Source: a virus
Lineage: Duplodnaviria; Caudoviricetes
DNA: 64,000 bases
Virus record (IMG/VR): IMGVR_UViG_2909979649_000004
Reading direction: 5' to 3' (one strand)
Position 1 is the first letter of the stretch. Each line of letters opens with the position of its first letter. Below are positions 9,740-19,277 of the stretch, piece after piece. The notes under the pieces are model-generated. The model had not been told where the DNA came from and made no database searches. It saw only the letters and a list, made by a program, of their open reading frames with translations. The position numbers and the translations under genes were made by a program.

Positions 9740-10435
9740 TTAGGCTCCTTTGGGATAGATCGTGATGGTATTAACTGCTTGATAGCCCGTCACCAGTGCC
9801 CGGCAAATGTTGCTTGTCAGTTGCGTTGTAATAAATGGATAAATCTGGTGTGTCACAGCACTTTGGTAACCGGACGTCAAACAAGTACACAGCTGGCTAT
9901 TCATTTCTTTGGTTAAATAGGGAATAACCGTGGTTTGTTGACCTTGTTGACATGTCACTGCCACACGCGGCATTTTTGTTTTATTGGTTAAATAAACGGT
10001 TAAGTCAAAATGACTCCGAACATTTTTAGTACGCTTAATTAGCCGATTAATATTGTCGTATTCTTTTTCAGTAAGGCCACGGGTTTCTAAATTCACATCG
10101 GCTTTAAACGTATAAGGCTGGCCGTTATATTCAAACCATTCGGTTACCGTGATATCCACACCTGTTGCAGCCAACGCTTTTTTTACCGCGCCAAGGGTGC
10201 CTTTATGTCGATGCACTTCAATGGATGCCTTAATGACATTACGCTTGGTTGGCTCTTCCCAAGCTTCGTCCCATTCATCCACCGATAAGGCCCAAGCCAA
10301 CCACGGTAAACAATTGGCAGGGCAGGTATCAGGATGCCAAACGTGATTAGGGTAAGCGGGTATTTCACTCATACGACGAGTGCTATCAGCCAACCCTTCT
10401 TCTAAAGGAGTGGTGTTATTCGGTAGTAAACTCAT
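9740..10435 (-). CDS. Baseplate/tail protein I (P2 gpI)
   Basis: LLPNN.TPLE..CP..LPWLAWALSVDEWD..HRHKGT. Confidence 0.93.
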   Translation of the reverse strand: MSLLPNNTTPLEEGLADSTRRMSEIPAYPNHVWHPDTCPANCLPWLAWALSVDEWDEAWEEPTKRNVIKASIEVHRHKGTLGAVKKALAATGVDITVTEWFEYNGQPYTFKADVNLETRGLTEKEYDNINRLIKRTKNVRSHFDLTVYLTNKTKMPRVAVTCQQGQQTTVIPYLTKEMNSQLCTCLTSGYQSAVTHQIYPFITTQLTSNICRALVTGYQAVNTITIYPKGA

Positions 10436-10439
10436 GAAG

Positions 10440-11336
10440 TTATGCGAGGGTAATGAAAATAGATTTAGCTTTAGGCGCTTGAAAAACTTTGGCCTGAATA
10501 TCCGCTGCCGGTGACAGCAATTCTACGCGGGTAACGCCGCCCATATGGAGTGCATCATAAATACCCGATAAGGCGACGGTTTTACCGAGTTTATAACACT
10601 GCTCAACATACGTATTTAAGGCAGCCGTTGCCGTATCCATAATCGCTTTAGAAGACGGCCCTTGTTGTACATGTAGCTTGGCATTAATGGCATAGTCGAT
10701 AGTTTCCGCCGCTTGTACGGTAATATGATCGGTTAATGGCCTGACATCTTCATCATTTAACGCGGTTAACAACGCCTGTTTTATTTCCTCATCCGGTGCC
10801 ATGTCTGCTTCATCGGCTAATGGTCGCCGTAAAAAAGTAATCATGACTTCGCCCGGTTCATCGGAATACACAGACACATCCGCGATTTGATCATGGGCAT
10901 TATGCGAGTGGGCTAAATAAGCACCGACAGGACCCGCTGTTGAATAACCTTCAGGGCCTAATTGAATACGACGACGAAAGTCTTCATCAGATTCCATGAT
11001 AGGTGGTGTGGGTGGCACTTGATTATCATCAGCGGGTTTAATCACTTTACGTTTAACACCGTAATTCGCGCCTAAATGATCTAAATCCGAGCCTTGCGCA
11101 TAAGCCAACATCACCGCTTTAGCCCGTTCATTAAATTGCTGGCGAATCAGCATTTCACGATAAGCACAGACTTCTAAAATCTTCATGGCCGGATCAGATT
11201 CGACCAATGCCGTAAAGCTGCTATCGCGTTTTTGTAAATCATCTAGCATGGATGCTAGGACCACTTCATAATCAATTGGCTCGACTACATCCGGCGCGGG
11301 TAGCTGCGATAAATCAATGGCAGTAAATTCGCTCAT
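10440..11336 (-). CDS. Baseplate protein J
   Basis: IDLSQLPAPDVVE..ESDP..AYRE..LD.LGA..STAGP.GAY..VRPLTD. Confidence 0.95.
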   Translation of the reverse strand: MSEFTAIDLSQLPAPDVVEPIDYEVVLASMLDDLQKRDSSFTALVESDPAMKILEVCAYREMLIRQQFNERAKAVMLAYAQGSDLDHLGANYGVKRKVIKPADDNQVPPTPPIMESDEDFRRRIQLGPEGYSTAGPVGAYLAHSHNAHDQIADVSVYSDEPGEVMITFLRRPLADEADMAPDEEIKQALLTALNDEDVRPLTDHITVQAAETIDYAINAKLHVQQGPSSKAIMDTATAALNTYVEQCYKLGKTVALSGIYDALHMGGVTRVELLSPAADIQAKVFQAPKAKSIFITLA

Positions 11337-11668
11337 ACAATGATGCCATCCAATGTAATGGGTTTACCTTCTGGTAAATAAATCCCTTCTAACGCAATCA
11401 ATAACTCGCCGGGCTCACCACGAAACGCTTGCACCTTGGTGACCTTTAAACGAGGTTCCCAACGGATTAAGGCTTCAGCAGTGGCTGCATAGATTTCCAC
11501 TAGCCACTGACCATTCATGGGGCGATCCACTAGCTCAGGTAAACGGCTGCCATAATCACGCCGCATTAGTCGGGTACCAATACGGGTGGTTAGAATATCA
11601 GTGATGGATTGGCGGAGGTGATCGAGGTTAGAAAGGGATTTACCGGTTTGTCGGTTGGTGCCTTGCAT
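11333..11668 (-). CDS. Baseplate wedge protein W (gp25-like)
   Basis: HLRQSITDILTTRIGTRLMRRDYGS..WEPR. Confidence 0.95.
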   Translation of the reverse strand: MQGTNRQTGKSLSNLDHLRQSITDILTTRIGTRLMRRDYGSRLPELVDRPMNGQWLVEIYAATAEALIRWEPRLKVTKVQAFRGEPGELLIALEGIYLPEGKPITLDGIIV

Positions 11669-11726
11669 AAATTAAAAGATAATATATTTGACTTAATTTG
11701 GGTCATAGTCAATCCACCATTTTTTT

Positions 11727-12098
11727 CTATTTAGGGTAATAGAAATTTTTTTCATCTGAACAATATGACCCAAATTGGTTTCTCTTAGGATGATAGAAAT
11801 TTTTTTCACACGGAATAATACGACCTAATTTCTTTTCTCTTCGAATATAAGCGGGTGCCAAATCAATATTAATTGTATCTGTTATAGGATAAACAAAGGG
11901 ATTTTCCTCAGACTTTATTGAGTCATTTGATGATGCCTCAAAGTAAGAGAATTTATTTTCTGTCTCACTATGTTGGAGGTACATTTTATTATTTTCGAAT
12001 AATGGTTCTATCTCATTAATTTTCCACAACTCTGATGCAAGCAAATTAACACTGCTTATTGAAAATACTGTGGTTATAAAGAGGTTAACTAACTTCAT
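11727..12098 (-). CDS. Exported hypothetical moron protein
   Basis: Signal peptide, AT-rich, inserted between gpV and gpW genes. Confidence 0.65.
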   Translation of the reverse strand: MKLVNLFITTVFSISSVNLLASELWKINEIEPLFENNKMYLQHSETENKFSYFEASSNDSIKSEENPFVYPITDTINIDLAPAYIRREKKLGRIIPCEKNFYHPKRNQFGSYCSDEKNFYYPK

Positions 12099-12185
12099 GA
12101 AACTACCTAAGTATAATAATTTTCACATCACTGTAACTTAAAGTGCTCAAATATTCACTTACGTAAAAATACTAATGCAACTGTC

Positions 12186-12758
12186 TTATTGTTTATTGCC
12201 TGTAGGTACTGCTGTACCATGCCCCGGCACATCATGCCCATGGCCGTTATAAATATCCCGATCACCTTGCATACTTCGCGTGTGGTCGGTTATCTCTTGG
12301 GTCGCTTTAATATTCCCCTCAACCAATAAATCACCCACAATATGCACGCCTTGGGGACTCACTAGTTTGGTATTGCCTTCCCCAGTTAACTCAATGATTA
12401 ATTCATCATTGCCTCGGTGGTAACTAAACCGGGCATGATTTTTAAACTGCCACACCGATTCATCAGGGTCATGGCTAGGAGATGGGTGCTTGTTTTGATA
12501 GACAGCCGGTAACACAAAGCCATTAGCTAATTCGCCACTGGGGGATAATACAATGACTTGTTCACCCACTTCCGGTGCCCACCAGCTTTGGTCATGGCCA
12601 GCCCTTGTCGTTAACCAAGGTAACCAGCCAGAGGTTAATTCATCAATTTGAACTCTGACGCGGGTGCGTTGGTGATCCACTTGGTAAATGGTGCCAGGGC
12701 GAATTAAATTAACTAAAAGCCGGTAAAGCTCATTAACGCGAAACAACTCGGTAGTCAT
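12186..12758 (-). CDS. Baseplate spike protein V
   Basis: NLIRPG..WLPW..RAG..WWAPEVGEQV..LSPSG..HGH. Confidence 0.95.
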   Translation of the reverse strand: MTTELFRVNELYRLLVNLIRPGTIYQVDHQRTRVRVQIDELTSGWLPWLTTRAGHDQSWWAPEVGEQVIVLSPSGELANGFVLPAVYQNKHPSPSHDPDESVWQFKNHARFSYHRGNDELIIELTGEGNTKLVSPQGVHIVGDLLVEGNIKATQEITDHTRSMQGDRDIYNGHGHDVPGHGTAVPTGNKQ

Positions 12759-13260
12759 CTTTGTGTGGTATTCCTATTTCTGGGGCATCACTGTATAAAA
12801 CGGTTGTAGGTGGGGTACCTTCATCGAGCCAAATAGAGTCGCCAATATACAAACTCTGTTGCCAAGACACTTCCCACGCTTCATAACCATCAGCATCTGG
12901 ATTAAATATGGCTGGCCGACTTTGAATCGCTTCAGGTTCTGATACCTGATCGATTAAAGGCCACCGGTTTTTTGCTGGATTATTTAGAACCAGCATAATT
13001 TCTGTGGCGAATTGACGTATTTCAATTTCCACATTGGGTGTTGTCATCGATAGCACACACAAGGCAAACCATTCGCCTTGTAATAAATAACGTCCATCCC
13101 ATTGCTGTTTATCTAAAGTTAATTCATGGCTACCTAAATAAATTGCGGGACTTTCTATACTTTGGCTGGGTGAATAGGCTTGGATACGATCAATTTTTTT
13201 ATCAAAGTGCTGACTAAAGGTGGCCAGCATTTGATGATGGAGAGTTTTTAATTCATTCAT
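12733..13260 (-). CDS. Tail completion/terminator protein
   Basis: Position between gpZ-like and gpV; W.V.WQQ motif. Confidence 0.65.
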   Translation of the reverse strand: MNELKTLHHQMLATFSQHFDKKIDRIQAYSPSQSIESPAIYLGSHELTLDKQQWDGRYLLQGEWFALCVLSMTTPNVEIEIRQFATEIMLVLNNPAKNRWPLIDQVSEPEAIQSRPAIFNPDADGYEAWEVSWQQSLYIGDSIWLDEGTPPTTVLYSDAPEIGIPHKDDYRVVSR

Positions 13261-13786
13261 GGTTTAATGCGTAATTTAATTCTTGTTCTAACAAAGTAAA
13301 AAACCGTTCTTCAGCTTGCTTAATGATTCGTTCAACGACAGGCGTGGCTAGCTGATCAATCGCCTCAGTTTGATATTCAATCGGAAAGCGGGCTTTGCCT
13401 TTACGTTTAAATACAACCGTATTGCCATGACTACTTTGGATAGTAAAGGCCCCTTGGCGAAGCGGTTTCCCTCTGACCTTAACCCCAGCATTGACTTGCT
13501 TGGGATTACCAAAGTGGTGTAACCCAATGGGATTTAGCCCTAACCACACCCGACCCGATTTGCCATCCTTAGCGACCTCGATAAATAACCGCTGATTATT
13601 TTTAAAGGCTTTTTGCTTTAAGCCGGTAGTTTGACTGAGGGCTTGTAGCAACTGCCGTCTAAGAAACTGAGTGAGTTTACGCACGGCACGACGAATGGCT
13701 TTTTGCACGGCTTTACTGTCTTCATCCAAGCCTTTTAGCAATTCATCAAATGCCTCATCCACCTCTAAATACACATTCATTGCCAA
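13253..13786 (-). CDS. Minor tail protein (lambda gpZ-like)
   Basis: Basic protein; AF..VFKRKGKARFPI..ELNYAL. Confidence 0.8.
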   Translation of the reverse strand: MAMNVYLEVDEAFDELLKGLDEDSKAVQKAIRRAVRKLTQFLRRQLLQALSQTTGLKQKAFKNNQRLFIEVAKDGKSGRVWLGLNPIGLHHFGNPKQVNAGVKVRGKPLRQGAFTIQSSHGNTVVFKRKGKARFPIEYQTEAIDQLATPVVERIIKQAEERFFTLLEQELNYALNHE

Positions 13787-14103
13787 ACTCGATTCGGTTG
13801 AATATCCGGGGTGTCGGTTAATACACAGAGTGTCATGCCATTATTTTTTGGAAAGCATTTCACCAAGGTATACGATTGGTTACGGATAATCAGGATAAGT
13901 TGATCAGGCCAGCTTTCAGCTTCGGTATTGAGCACTTCTAAAGTGGGCTGTTGCTGGTCAGACTCAATATGACCAACTTCTGTATTCGCCACTTGCCAGC
14001 GAAAAATACCAATAAGGGTACTGCCATCTGGCAAGGTCACTGGCTCACCCCATAACGCCAATTTCTCCTGGTTTAATGCCTGTTGATAGTCACTAAATCT
14101 CAT
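13777..14103 (-). CDS. Head-tail joining protein (lambda FII-like)
   Basis: Size and position directly after major capsid. Confidence 0.65.
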   Translation of the reverse strand: MRFSDYQQALNQEKLALWGEPVTLPDGSTLIGIFRWQVANTEVGHIESDQQQPTLEVLNTEAESWPDQLILIIRNQSYTLVKCFPKNNGMTLCVLTDTPDIQPNRVWQ

Positions 14104-15122
14104 AACACCGTTAACAGTGCAGTGGCGTTGGGTCTAACCGGCACAATTAATGGTGCGGATTGGGTCATGACCATTTCGACACTGGGGTCATCCTGTTTCC
14201 AGATTTTGGGGAATAACTTCATGGCAACCAGGGCATCTAAATCCATAATGGCCCCAAAGCATTGGGTGCCTTGTACAGAACGGCTCATTAAATTCACTCC
14301 GCCTTCTGGAATAAACGGCTTGCTGGTACCTTTTTCCATATATTGACGGCTATCGACGTATAAAATAAAACGACCACCGCCTAAGCTACCCACTTTAATC
14401 ACTTCATCACTGTTAGTTAATGGCCCTCTATCGATAATGGCATTAGTACCAGCTACTTGGGTATCTAATTGCTCCAAGAGTTGTTTATTTTTTCGTAGCG
14501 CTTTCCATACCGAAGGACTCATCACCACATCTTCAGCCGGGGCACCGCCTTTGGTCATCGACATAGCCACGCTCATGTCTTCGAGATCATCGATTGGCGT
14601 GGCTTTCGGATCACTCCATTTAACAGAAACCGTTTTAGTTAAACTGGGATCGCGTTGATAATCCACGACACGCTTAGGGTATTTTTCCCCTTCGACCATC
14701 ACCCGACCATGTAAACTGGCTTCCACCGCCATCCATTCAAGACGGTTATCAATGGACTCGGCATGTTCCAGTAAGATTTCCATTTTCCGTAAATTACGCC
14801 GTTGCTGGGGTGATAGTTTTCCATGGTAAGGCTCGCCAGGACGACGTTTTAACATCGCTTGAGGAATGATCGGTTGCTTGGGTTTAATATACGCCGGTTT
14901 AAACGACTTCATTTCGCTGCCTTGTTCTTCCATCACTTGTCCTTCCACCATGGGCGAAACAAAGGGGGCTAAATGGCGATCACGAAATAATAATTCAAAC
15001 TCGATGGTTTCAGTTTCAAACTCGTGGGTGGTGGAATAATAGCGGCTTAAATAAAAGGGTAACGGCTTTTTCTTGGTCTCAATGGTTTGGACCAATTGCA
15101 TCGTATCGGTATAACGTTCCAT
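14100..15122 (-). CDS. Major capsid protein (lambda gpE family)
   Basis: LAPFVSPMVEG..FKPAYIKPK..RLEWMA..QSAPL; start moved to MERY after SD. Confidence 0.93.
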   Translation of the reverse strand: MERYTDTMQLVQTIETKKKPLPFYLSRYYSTTHEFETETIEFELLFRDRHLAPFVSPMVEGQVMEEQGSEMKSFKPAYIKPKQPIIPQAMLKRRPGEPYHGKLSPQQRRNLRKMEILLEHAESIDNRLEWMAVEASLHGRVMVEGEKYPKRVVDYQRDPSLTKTVSVKWSDPKATPIDDLEDMSVAMSMTKGGAPAEDVVMSPSVWKALRKNKQLLEQLDTQVAGTNAIIDRGPLTNSDEVIKVGSLGGGRFILYVDSRQYMEKGTSKPFIPEGGVNLMSRSVQGTQCFGAIMDLDALVAMKLFPKIWKQDDPSVEMVMTQSAPLIVPVRPNATALLTVL

Positions 15123-15210
15123 GGGGTACCTGTTATTTAAAAAGATCAATTAAAAGAATGAATAAGATAAAAAGGAGGAGTGTGGTAAGGAGACTGAGTA
15201 AAATCATCAT

Positions 15211-15579
15211 TTAATAACTACTGGGGGCTTGTAATAAAATACCGCGTTCTCTTAACGGCTGAAAAATAGTATCTGTCGTATGACCGGGCCCTAAATTTAA
15301 AATGGCGGGATTTAAACAAATCGAGGTATAAACACCAGCGGTGGATTCTTTACCGGTGGTATCGATCGCATACGGTAATACGCAATCTGGTACTTCGCTG
15401 CCATCGTTAGCATTTTTATCCGATAAACGATATTGCCCCTTATTATCACAACCTAATACCGAATAGGGTTTTAATTTTTGGCCTTTAGCAACAGTGACCG
15501 TGACCGTGGTAATCGGTTGATTACCCGTAATAATCACCGGTTGGGCAGCAATGGCATGATGTTGGCTATCGGTAATCAT
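15211..15579 (-). CDS. Head decoration protein (lambda gpD-like)
   Basis: GQ.L..VLG..DGSE.P.CVL; between protease and capsid. Confidence 0.85.
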   Translation of the reverse strand: MITDSQHHAIAAQPVIITGNQPITTVTVTVAKGQKLKPYSVLGCDNKGQYRLSDKNANDGSEVPDCVLPYAIDTTGKESTAGVYTSICLNPAILNLGPGHTTDTIFQPLRERGILLQAPSSY

Positions 15580-15947
15580 TAGGCGTTATCTCCATAAACC
15601 TGATTAAAATCCGCGAGCATTTGGCCAATGGCTGTTTGAGGGGCTTCGGCTTCAGGGGCTGGTTCACTATCAATATTCGGATGCGTGTCGCTATTCATGA
15701 CCTGGGTAAAATCAGTTGTATTTGCTGTTGCCGTTTGAGGAATCGTTTTTAATAGCGTAATGGCTTCATCAGCTGACATCGTTGTGTTTAACGCCAGTTG
15801 TTGTGCAGTCGATTCACGGCCTTTGGCTTCGTCACTGGTTAAAATAGCTTGAATCCGCTGGCGTTCTTCCGCCACAGCGGTTTGTTTTTCTGCTTCTAAA
15901 TTAATAGGGGCTTCCGCTTTGGGAGCCGGTTCATTTGTTGCTGTCAT
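15579..15947 (-). CDS. Nested in-frame scaffold protein (Nu3-like)
   Basis: Internal ATG (MTATNE) preceded by AAGGA; AERQRIQAIL..AKGRE scaffold motif. Confidence 0.65.
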   Translation of the reverse strand: MTATNEPAPKAEAPINLEAEKQTAVAEERQRIQAILTSDEAKGRESTAQQLALNTTMSADEAITLLKTIPQTATANTTDFTQVMNSDTHPNIDSEPAPEAEAPQTAIGQMLADFNQVYGDNA

Positions 15948-16841
15948 AACAGTCCTTAGGGTGGTGGATGAATTTAAGGTTTGAATAAAGCTGGATAACA
16001 CTTGATGGGCAGGTAAAATCCGATCAGCTAAGCCAACATCGATAGCCGCTTGACCGGTAAATACTTTAGCCTCGGTATTTTTAATCGCTTCGGTATTTAA
16101 TTGGCGATGACGGGAAACCGTTTCAACAAATAGCCCATAAATGTCGTTTATCTCGGCTTGTAAACCGGCCTTCACATTATCGGGTAAAGGTTCAAACGGA
16201 TTACCATCAACTTTATGGGCACCGGCATGAATTAAGGTGACATTAATCCCTTCTTTAGCCAGCAATTCACTTTGATCGGTATGGGCCAGCAATACACCAA
16301 TACTGCCGACCATCCCGGTACGGGGTAAAATAATTTCATTGGCCGCAGAGGCTAAGGCATAAGCGGCACTGCAGGCTTGTTCATCCACTAATGCCCAAAT
16401 GGGTTTATGTTGCCTCGCTTGATAAATCGAATCGGCTAAATCAAAGCAACCCGAGACACTGCCACCGGGACTATTAATATCCAATAATATTCCTTGAATA
16501 TCCGGATCATTAATCGCTTTGGCCAGCTTGGTTTGAATCCCATCATAGCCCGTCATTCCACTGTAAGGGTCCAGGTGACCATATTTATGGGTCAAGGTGC
16601 CGACCACGGGAATAATGGCTATCCCTTGATTCACTTGATAAAGCTTGTGATCCCGTGGCTCAAATTCCTCGGCGGCTTGCTTTAGTTCGGTGGCTGAAAG
16701 CTGCTTCTCACCATTAATCAATGACTCAATCACGAGGCGGTCGGACAATGAGCCAAGCATGACTTGTGCGTAGCTGGGTTCGATCAATAGTGGTTGATTC
16801 ACGACCATTGAGAGCAGTCGTGGAAATTGCTTATGCATCAT
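15579..16841 (-). CDS. S49 head maturation protease (lambda gpC-like)
   Basis: LLDINSPGG, ACSAAYALAS, GSIGV, GAHKVDGNP, GLAD. Confidence 0.93.
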   Translation of the reverse strand: MMHKQFPRLLSMVVNQPLLIEPSYAQVMLGSLSDRLVIESLINGEKQLSATELKQAAEEFEPRDHKLYQVNQGIAIIPVVGTLTHKYGHLDPYSGMTGYDGIQTKLAKAINDPDIQGILLDINSPGGSVSGCFDLADSIYQARQHKPIWALVDEQACSAAYALASAANEIILPRTGMVGSIGVLLAHTDQSELLAKEGINVTLIHAGAHKVDGNPFEPLPDNVKAGLQAEINDIYGLFVETVSRHRQLNTEAIKNTEAKVFTGQAAIDVGLADRILPAHQVLSSFIQTLNSSTTLRTVMTATNEPAPKAEAPINLEAEKQTAVAEERQRIQAILTSDEAKGRESTAQQLALNTTMSADEAITLLKTIPQTATANTTDFTQVMNSDTHPNIDSEPAPEAEAPQTAIGQMLADFNQVYGDNA

Positions 16842-16931
16842 AGAGTCGCCGAAAGGGTTTGATTTAGAGCGGTTTATGGAATGATCACTCAGCCTGGAGC
16901 TTATTGTTTATCGCTATTACATGTAATGGTG

Positions 16932-16960
16932 TTGACATAATATGACCTTACAGGTAACAT
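16932..16960 (+). promoter_or_regulatory. Sigma70 promoter of microprotein operon
   Basis: TTGACA-N17-TAACAT; dyad gagacat-aaa-atgtctc just downstream (16972-16988). Confidence 0.65.
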
Positions 16961-17033
16961 ATCTACAACTTGAGACATAAAATGTCTCTTCAACACAAAG
17001 GACTGAATGTATTAGCTACAGCGAGGTAATCGA

Positions 17034-17138
17034 ATGTTTAATTTTCTAGATAATGGTTATGCAAAAGTGGGTTTATTTTGTTTGGCAGTGTTTCTGGTCG
17101 TCAAGCTGGTTGAAAACTCAACTTTCTTAGGACTTTAA
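17034..17138 (+). CDS. 34-aa hydrophobic microprotein (not in ORF track)
   Basis: SD GAGG; MFNFLDNGYAKVGLFCLAVFLVVKLVENSTFLGL, single TM-like. Confidence 0.55.
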   Translation: MFNFLDNGYAKVGLFCLAVFLVVKLVENSTFLGL

Positions 17139-17173
17139 GCATTTAATAACCTGATAAGGCTAAGGAGAAAAAA

Positions 17174-17350
17174 ATGACTCATAATAAACTTTCTAAAGCA
17201 TTTGAAACGGAAATAATTTGCCCTCAGTGCTCAACCCGTGTATTGAAAATTGATTTTGATATCATTGGTTGTCCTTTATGTAAAAACAAAAATGAATTTA
17301 GCAAAGAGGTGCCTAATTGGGAGCTTGTACCCATGGACACTAACAATTAA
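17174..17350 (+). CDS. 58-aa zinc-ribbon microprotein (not in ORF track)
   Basis: SD AAGGAG; CPQC..CPLC. Confidence 0.7.
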   Translation: MTHNKLSKAFETEIICPQCSTRVLKIDFDIIGCPLCKNKNEFSKEVPNWELVPMDTNN

Positions 17351-17363
17351 GGCAATCAAGCTT

Positions 17364-17546
17364 ATGACAAATTATGTAAATTCAGATTGTAATCAAGAAA
17401 ATGACAGTATTGCCGCCAGCTGTCCTATGTGCCTCACATCCGTAAAGCGCTTTTATTTTGATTGCTTTGGCTGCTATACCTGCGGGTATTCCAATATACT
17501 AAAAGGAGATAGTGAGAAACAAACGAATGAAAACGATAATAAATAA
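17364..17546 (+). CDS. 60-aa zinc-ribbon microprotein
   Basis: 3' part of ORF 17250-17546 from ATG 17364; CPMC..CYTC. Confidence 0.65.
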   Translation: MTNYVNSDCNQENDSIAASCPMCLTSVKRFYFDCFGCYTCGYSNILKGDSEKQTNENDNK

Positions 17547-17573
17547 AAGCCCAGTAAAATATTGGGCTTTTTT
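17545..17573. terminator. Bidirectional intrinsic terminator
   Basis: AAAAGCCCA-N9-TGGGCTTTTTT between convergent genes. Confidence 0.8.
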
Positions 17574-17574
17574 A

Positions 17575-19077
17575 TCAAGATGCTTGAGGTGTAAATTCTC
17601 CCATTTCTTGTTGTTCTCGCAACCGCTGCTCAAATAACTCCTGATAATCTTCCCCCAGCATCATCGCGGCTTTTTCATAAGTGAGTAAGCCTAACTTCAT
17701 CAGTAGCTCAATGCGTTTGACTTCTTTTAAACCATCAATATGGGTTTGGCCTTGGGCGATCCAGAGGCAACGACACCAAGCGGATTTAGCTTGATAAAAA
17801 TTGGGGGAGCCATTCGGTAATTTGATTATTCCTTTATTCACCATTTCTTCCAGCCAAAGCGCATAAAGCTGACTGCAAAATCGGGCAGGAATAATTTCCC
17901 TGATCCCTAAAAAGTATTTCCAACTCTCCAACATACTCGCCCGGGCACTAGAATAATTGGTTTTACTGTAATCCTTACTCAGTTGCTCAAAGCTTAAATT
18001 CATGCTGGCCGCTAAATGCCGTAGCAAAGTATCCTCAAACTGACTAAAGGCGGCATTGGTACTGGCGGTTTTCAGTTCTAATTTTTCATTGGGTAATAAA
18101 TGCGGGATTTTCACCCCATTAAACCGAATATTTTTAGCCTTTTGATGATAACCCGCCACTTGGGCTAAATACTGGGTAAATGCATTATTGTGGCCATCAT
18201 CCACACCACCTAATGCCGCTAAGACGGTTTGGCTGTCCATTTCGGATTCAATGACCGCGGCATACATGGCATTCACAATAGCATTTTGTAAAGTGGCATC
18301 CTGAAATTGTTCCAGCATTTTTAAGCCTTTTAAACTGGACACAAACACATTCACCCCACGGGTTTGGTCGGCTTGTTCCGGCTCAAAAATATGTAAGATT
18401 TGCAAGCGCCCCCAACGTTTACGCTTGGCGATTTTTTTCCACTGGTAAGCGTGATGGGTTAAACCCGCTTCTGATTGATGGGCAGAACGAATATGGTAAG
18501 CCAAGGCTTGGCCCCGTGGCCCTAATTCCACCCCAGCCCGTAGCCGATAACTGTCGGGTAATTCATAGGGATTACACAGCCGTTCACTATCAATAAGTTT
18601 GATTGCGGTTTGGGCGTTATTTCTGGCCAATTTCCGCCATTCCACACTGGCTAACACTTCGCCTTGATGGGCATGGTGACGAACACTTTCTCTGGCGAGC
18701 ATGGTTAAGGTGCGCTTTTCTTCGGCATCAATCCAAGCATCCGGGTCTTCTGCCCAATCCGTAAAGCGCGCCTCTACATCTTTAGCCCATTCGTTAGCCA
18801 CCTTATGATCAATGCCCAAGACTTTATAGTTAGGCTTGGCTGACAGTCTAAATTGGTGACCGACAATATTATCCACATAGGTTTGTTCAGCCCCAGCCGC
18901 ATAACCATGACTGCGCTTAATATCCCGCGCACGGCTATTACGTAGTTGCCGTTCAGGCAAGTGCTCCATGTCCACTGACAGGGTAGGCGGTTGCCAGTCT
19001 TGCAAGGTCTCCTGCAACTGTCGGCTATGGGTGTGCGCTTGAATGGGCTTTCCCCATTGATCAATGAGTTGTGGCAT
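17575..19077 (-). CDS. Portal protein, lambda family
   Basis: RSRARD..VG..AGVE..G..AYH..QTRG..DYS..NYSSARA. Confidence 0.95.
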   Translation of the reverse strand: MPQLIDQWGKPIQAHTHSRQLQETLQDWQPPTLSVDMEHLPERQLRNSRARDIKRSHGYAAGAEQTYVDNIVGHQFRLSAKPNYKVLGIDHKVANEWAKDVEARFTDWAEDPDAWIDAEEKRTLTMLARESVRHHAHQGEVLASVEWRKLARNNAQTAIKLIDSERLCNPYELPDSYRLRAGVELGPRGQALAYHIRSAHQSEAGLTHHAYQWKKIAKRKRWGRLQILHIFEPEQADQTRGVNVFVSSLKGLKMLEQFQDATLQNAIVNAMYAAVIESEMDSQTVLAALGGVDDGHNNAFTQYLAQVAGYHQKAKNIRFNGVKIPHLLPNEKLELKTASTNAAFSQFEDTLLRHLAASMNLSFEQLSKDYSKTNYSSARASMLESWKYFLGIREIIPARFCSQLYALWLEEMVNKGIIKLPNGSPNFYQAKSAWCRCLWIAQGQTHIDGLKEVKRIELLMKLGLLTYEKAAMMLGEDYQELFEQRLREQQEMGEFTPQAS

Positions 19078-19277
19078 TAAAAAATCACCCGAAAAGCGTG
19101 GCGGGGTGAACAGCCATTTAATTCCGCTTCCAAAGACTTAATATAATGCTCCAACTGTTGGGGGGCATGAAAGGTCACGCTATTCCCTTCGCTGTCACGC
19201 ACAGTGGCCCGGAGTGAACCCGTTTGGAGTTTGTGTAAAGCGGCTTTGGCTTCTTCTAAACGTTGCTGGTGGTTCAT
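19077..19277 (-). CDS. Head-tail joining protein (lambda gpW)
   Basis: LEEAKAALHKLQTG..V..L..YI..LE; between terL and portal. Confidence 0.88.
   Translation of the reverse strand: MNHQQRLEEAKAALHKLQTGSLRATVRDSEGNSVTFHAPQQLEHYIKSLEAELNGCSPRHAFRVIF

Noticed and set aside
17250-17546. 98-aa ORF as given in the track
   Set aside because: TTG start overlaps a better SD-led zinc-ribbon ORF (17174-17350); ATG 17364 is more plausible
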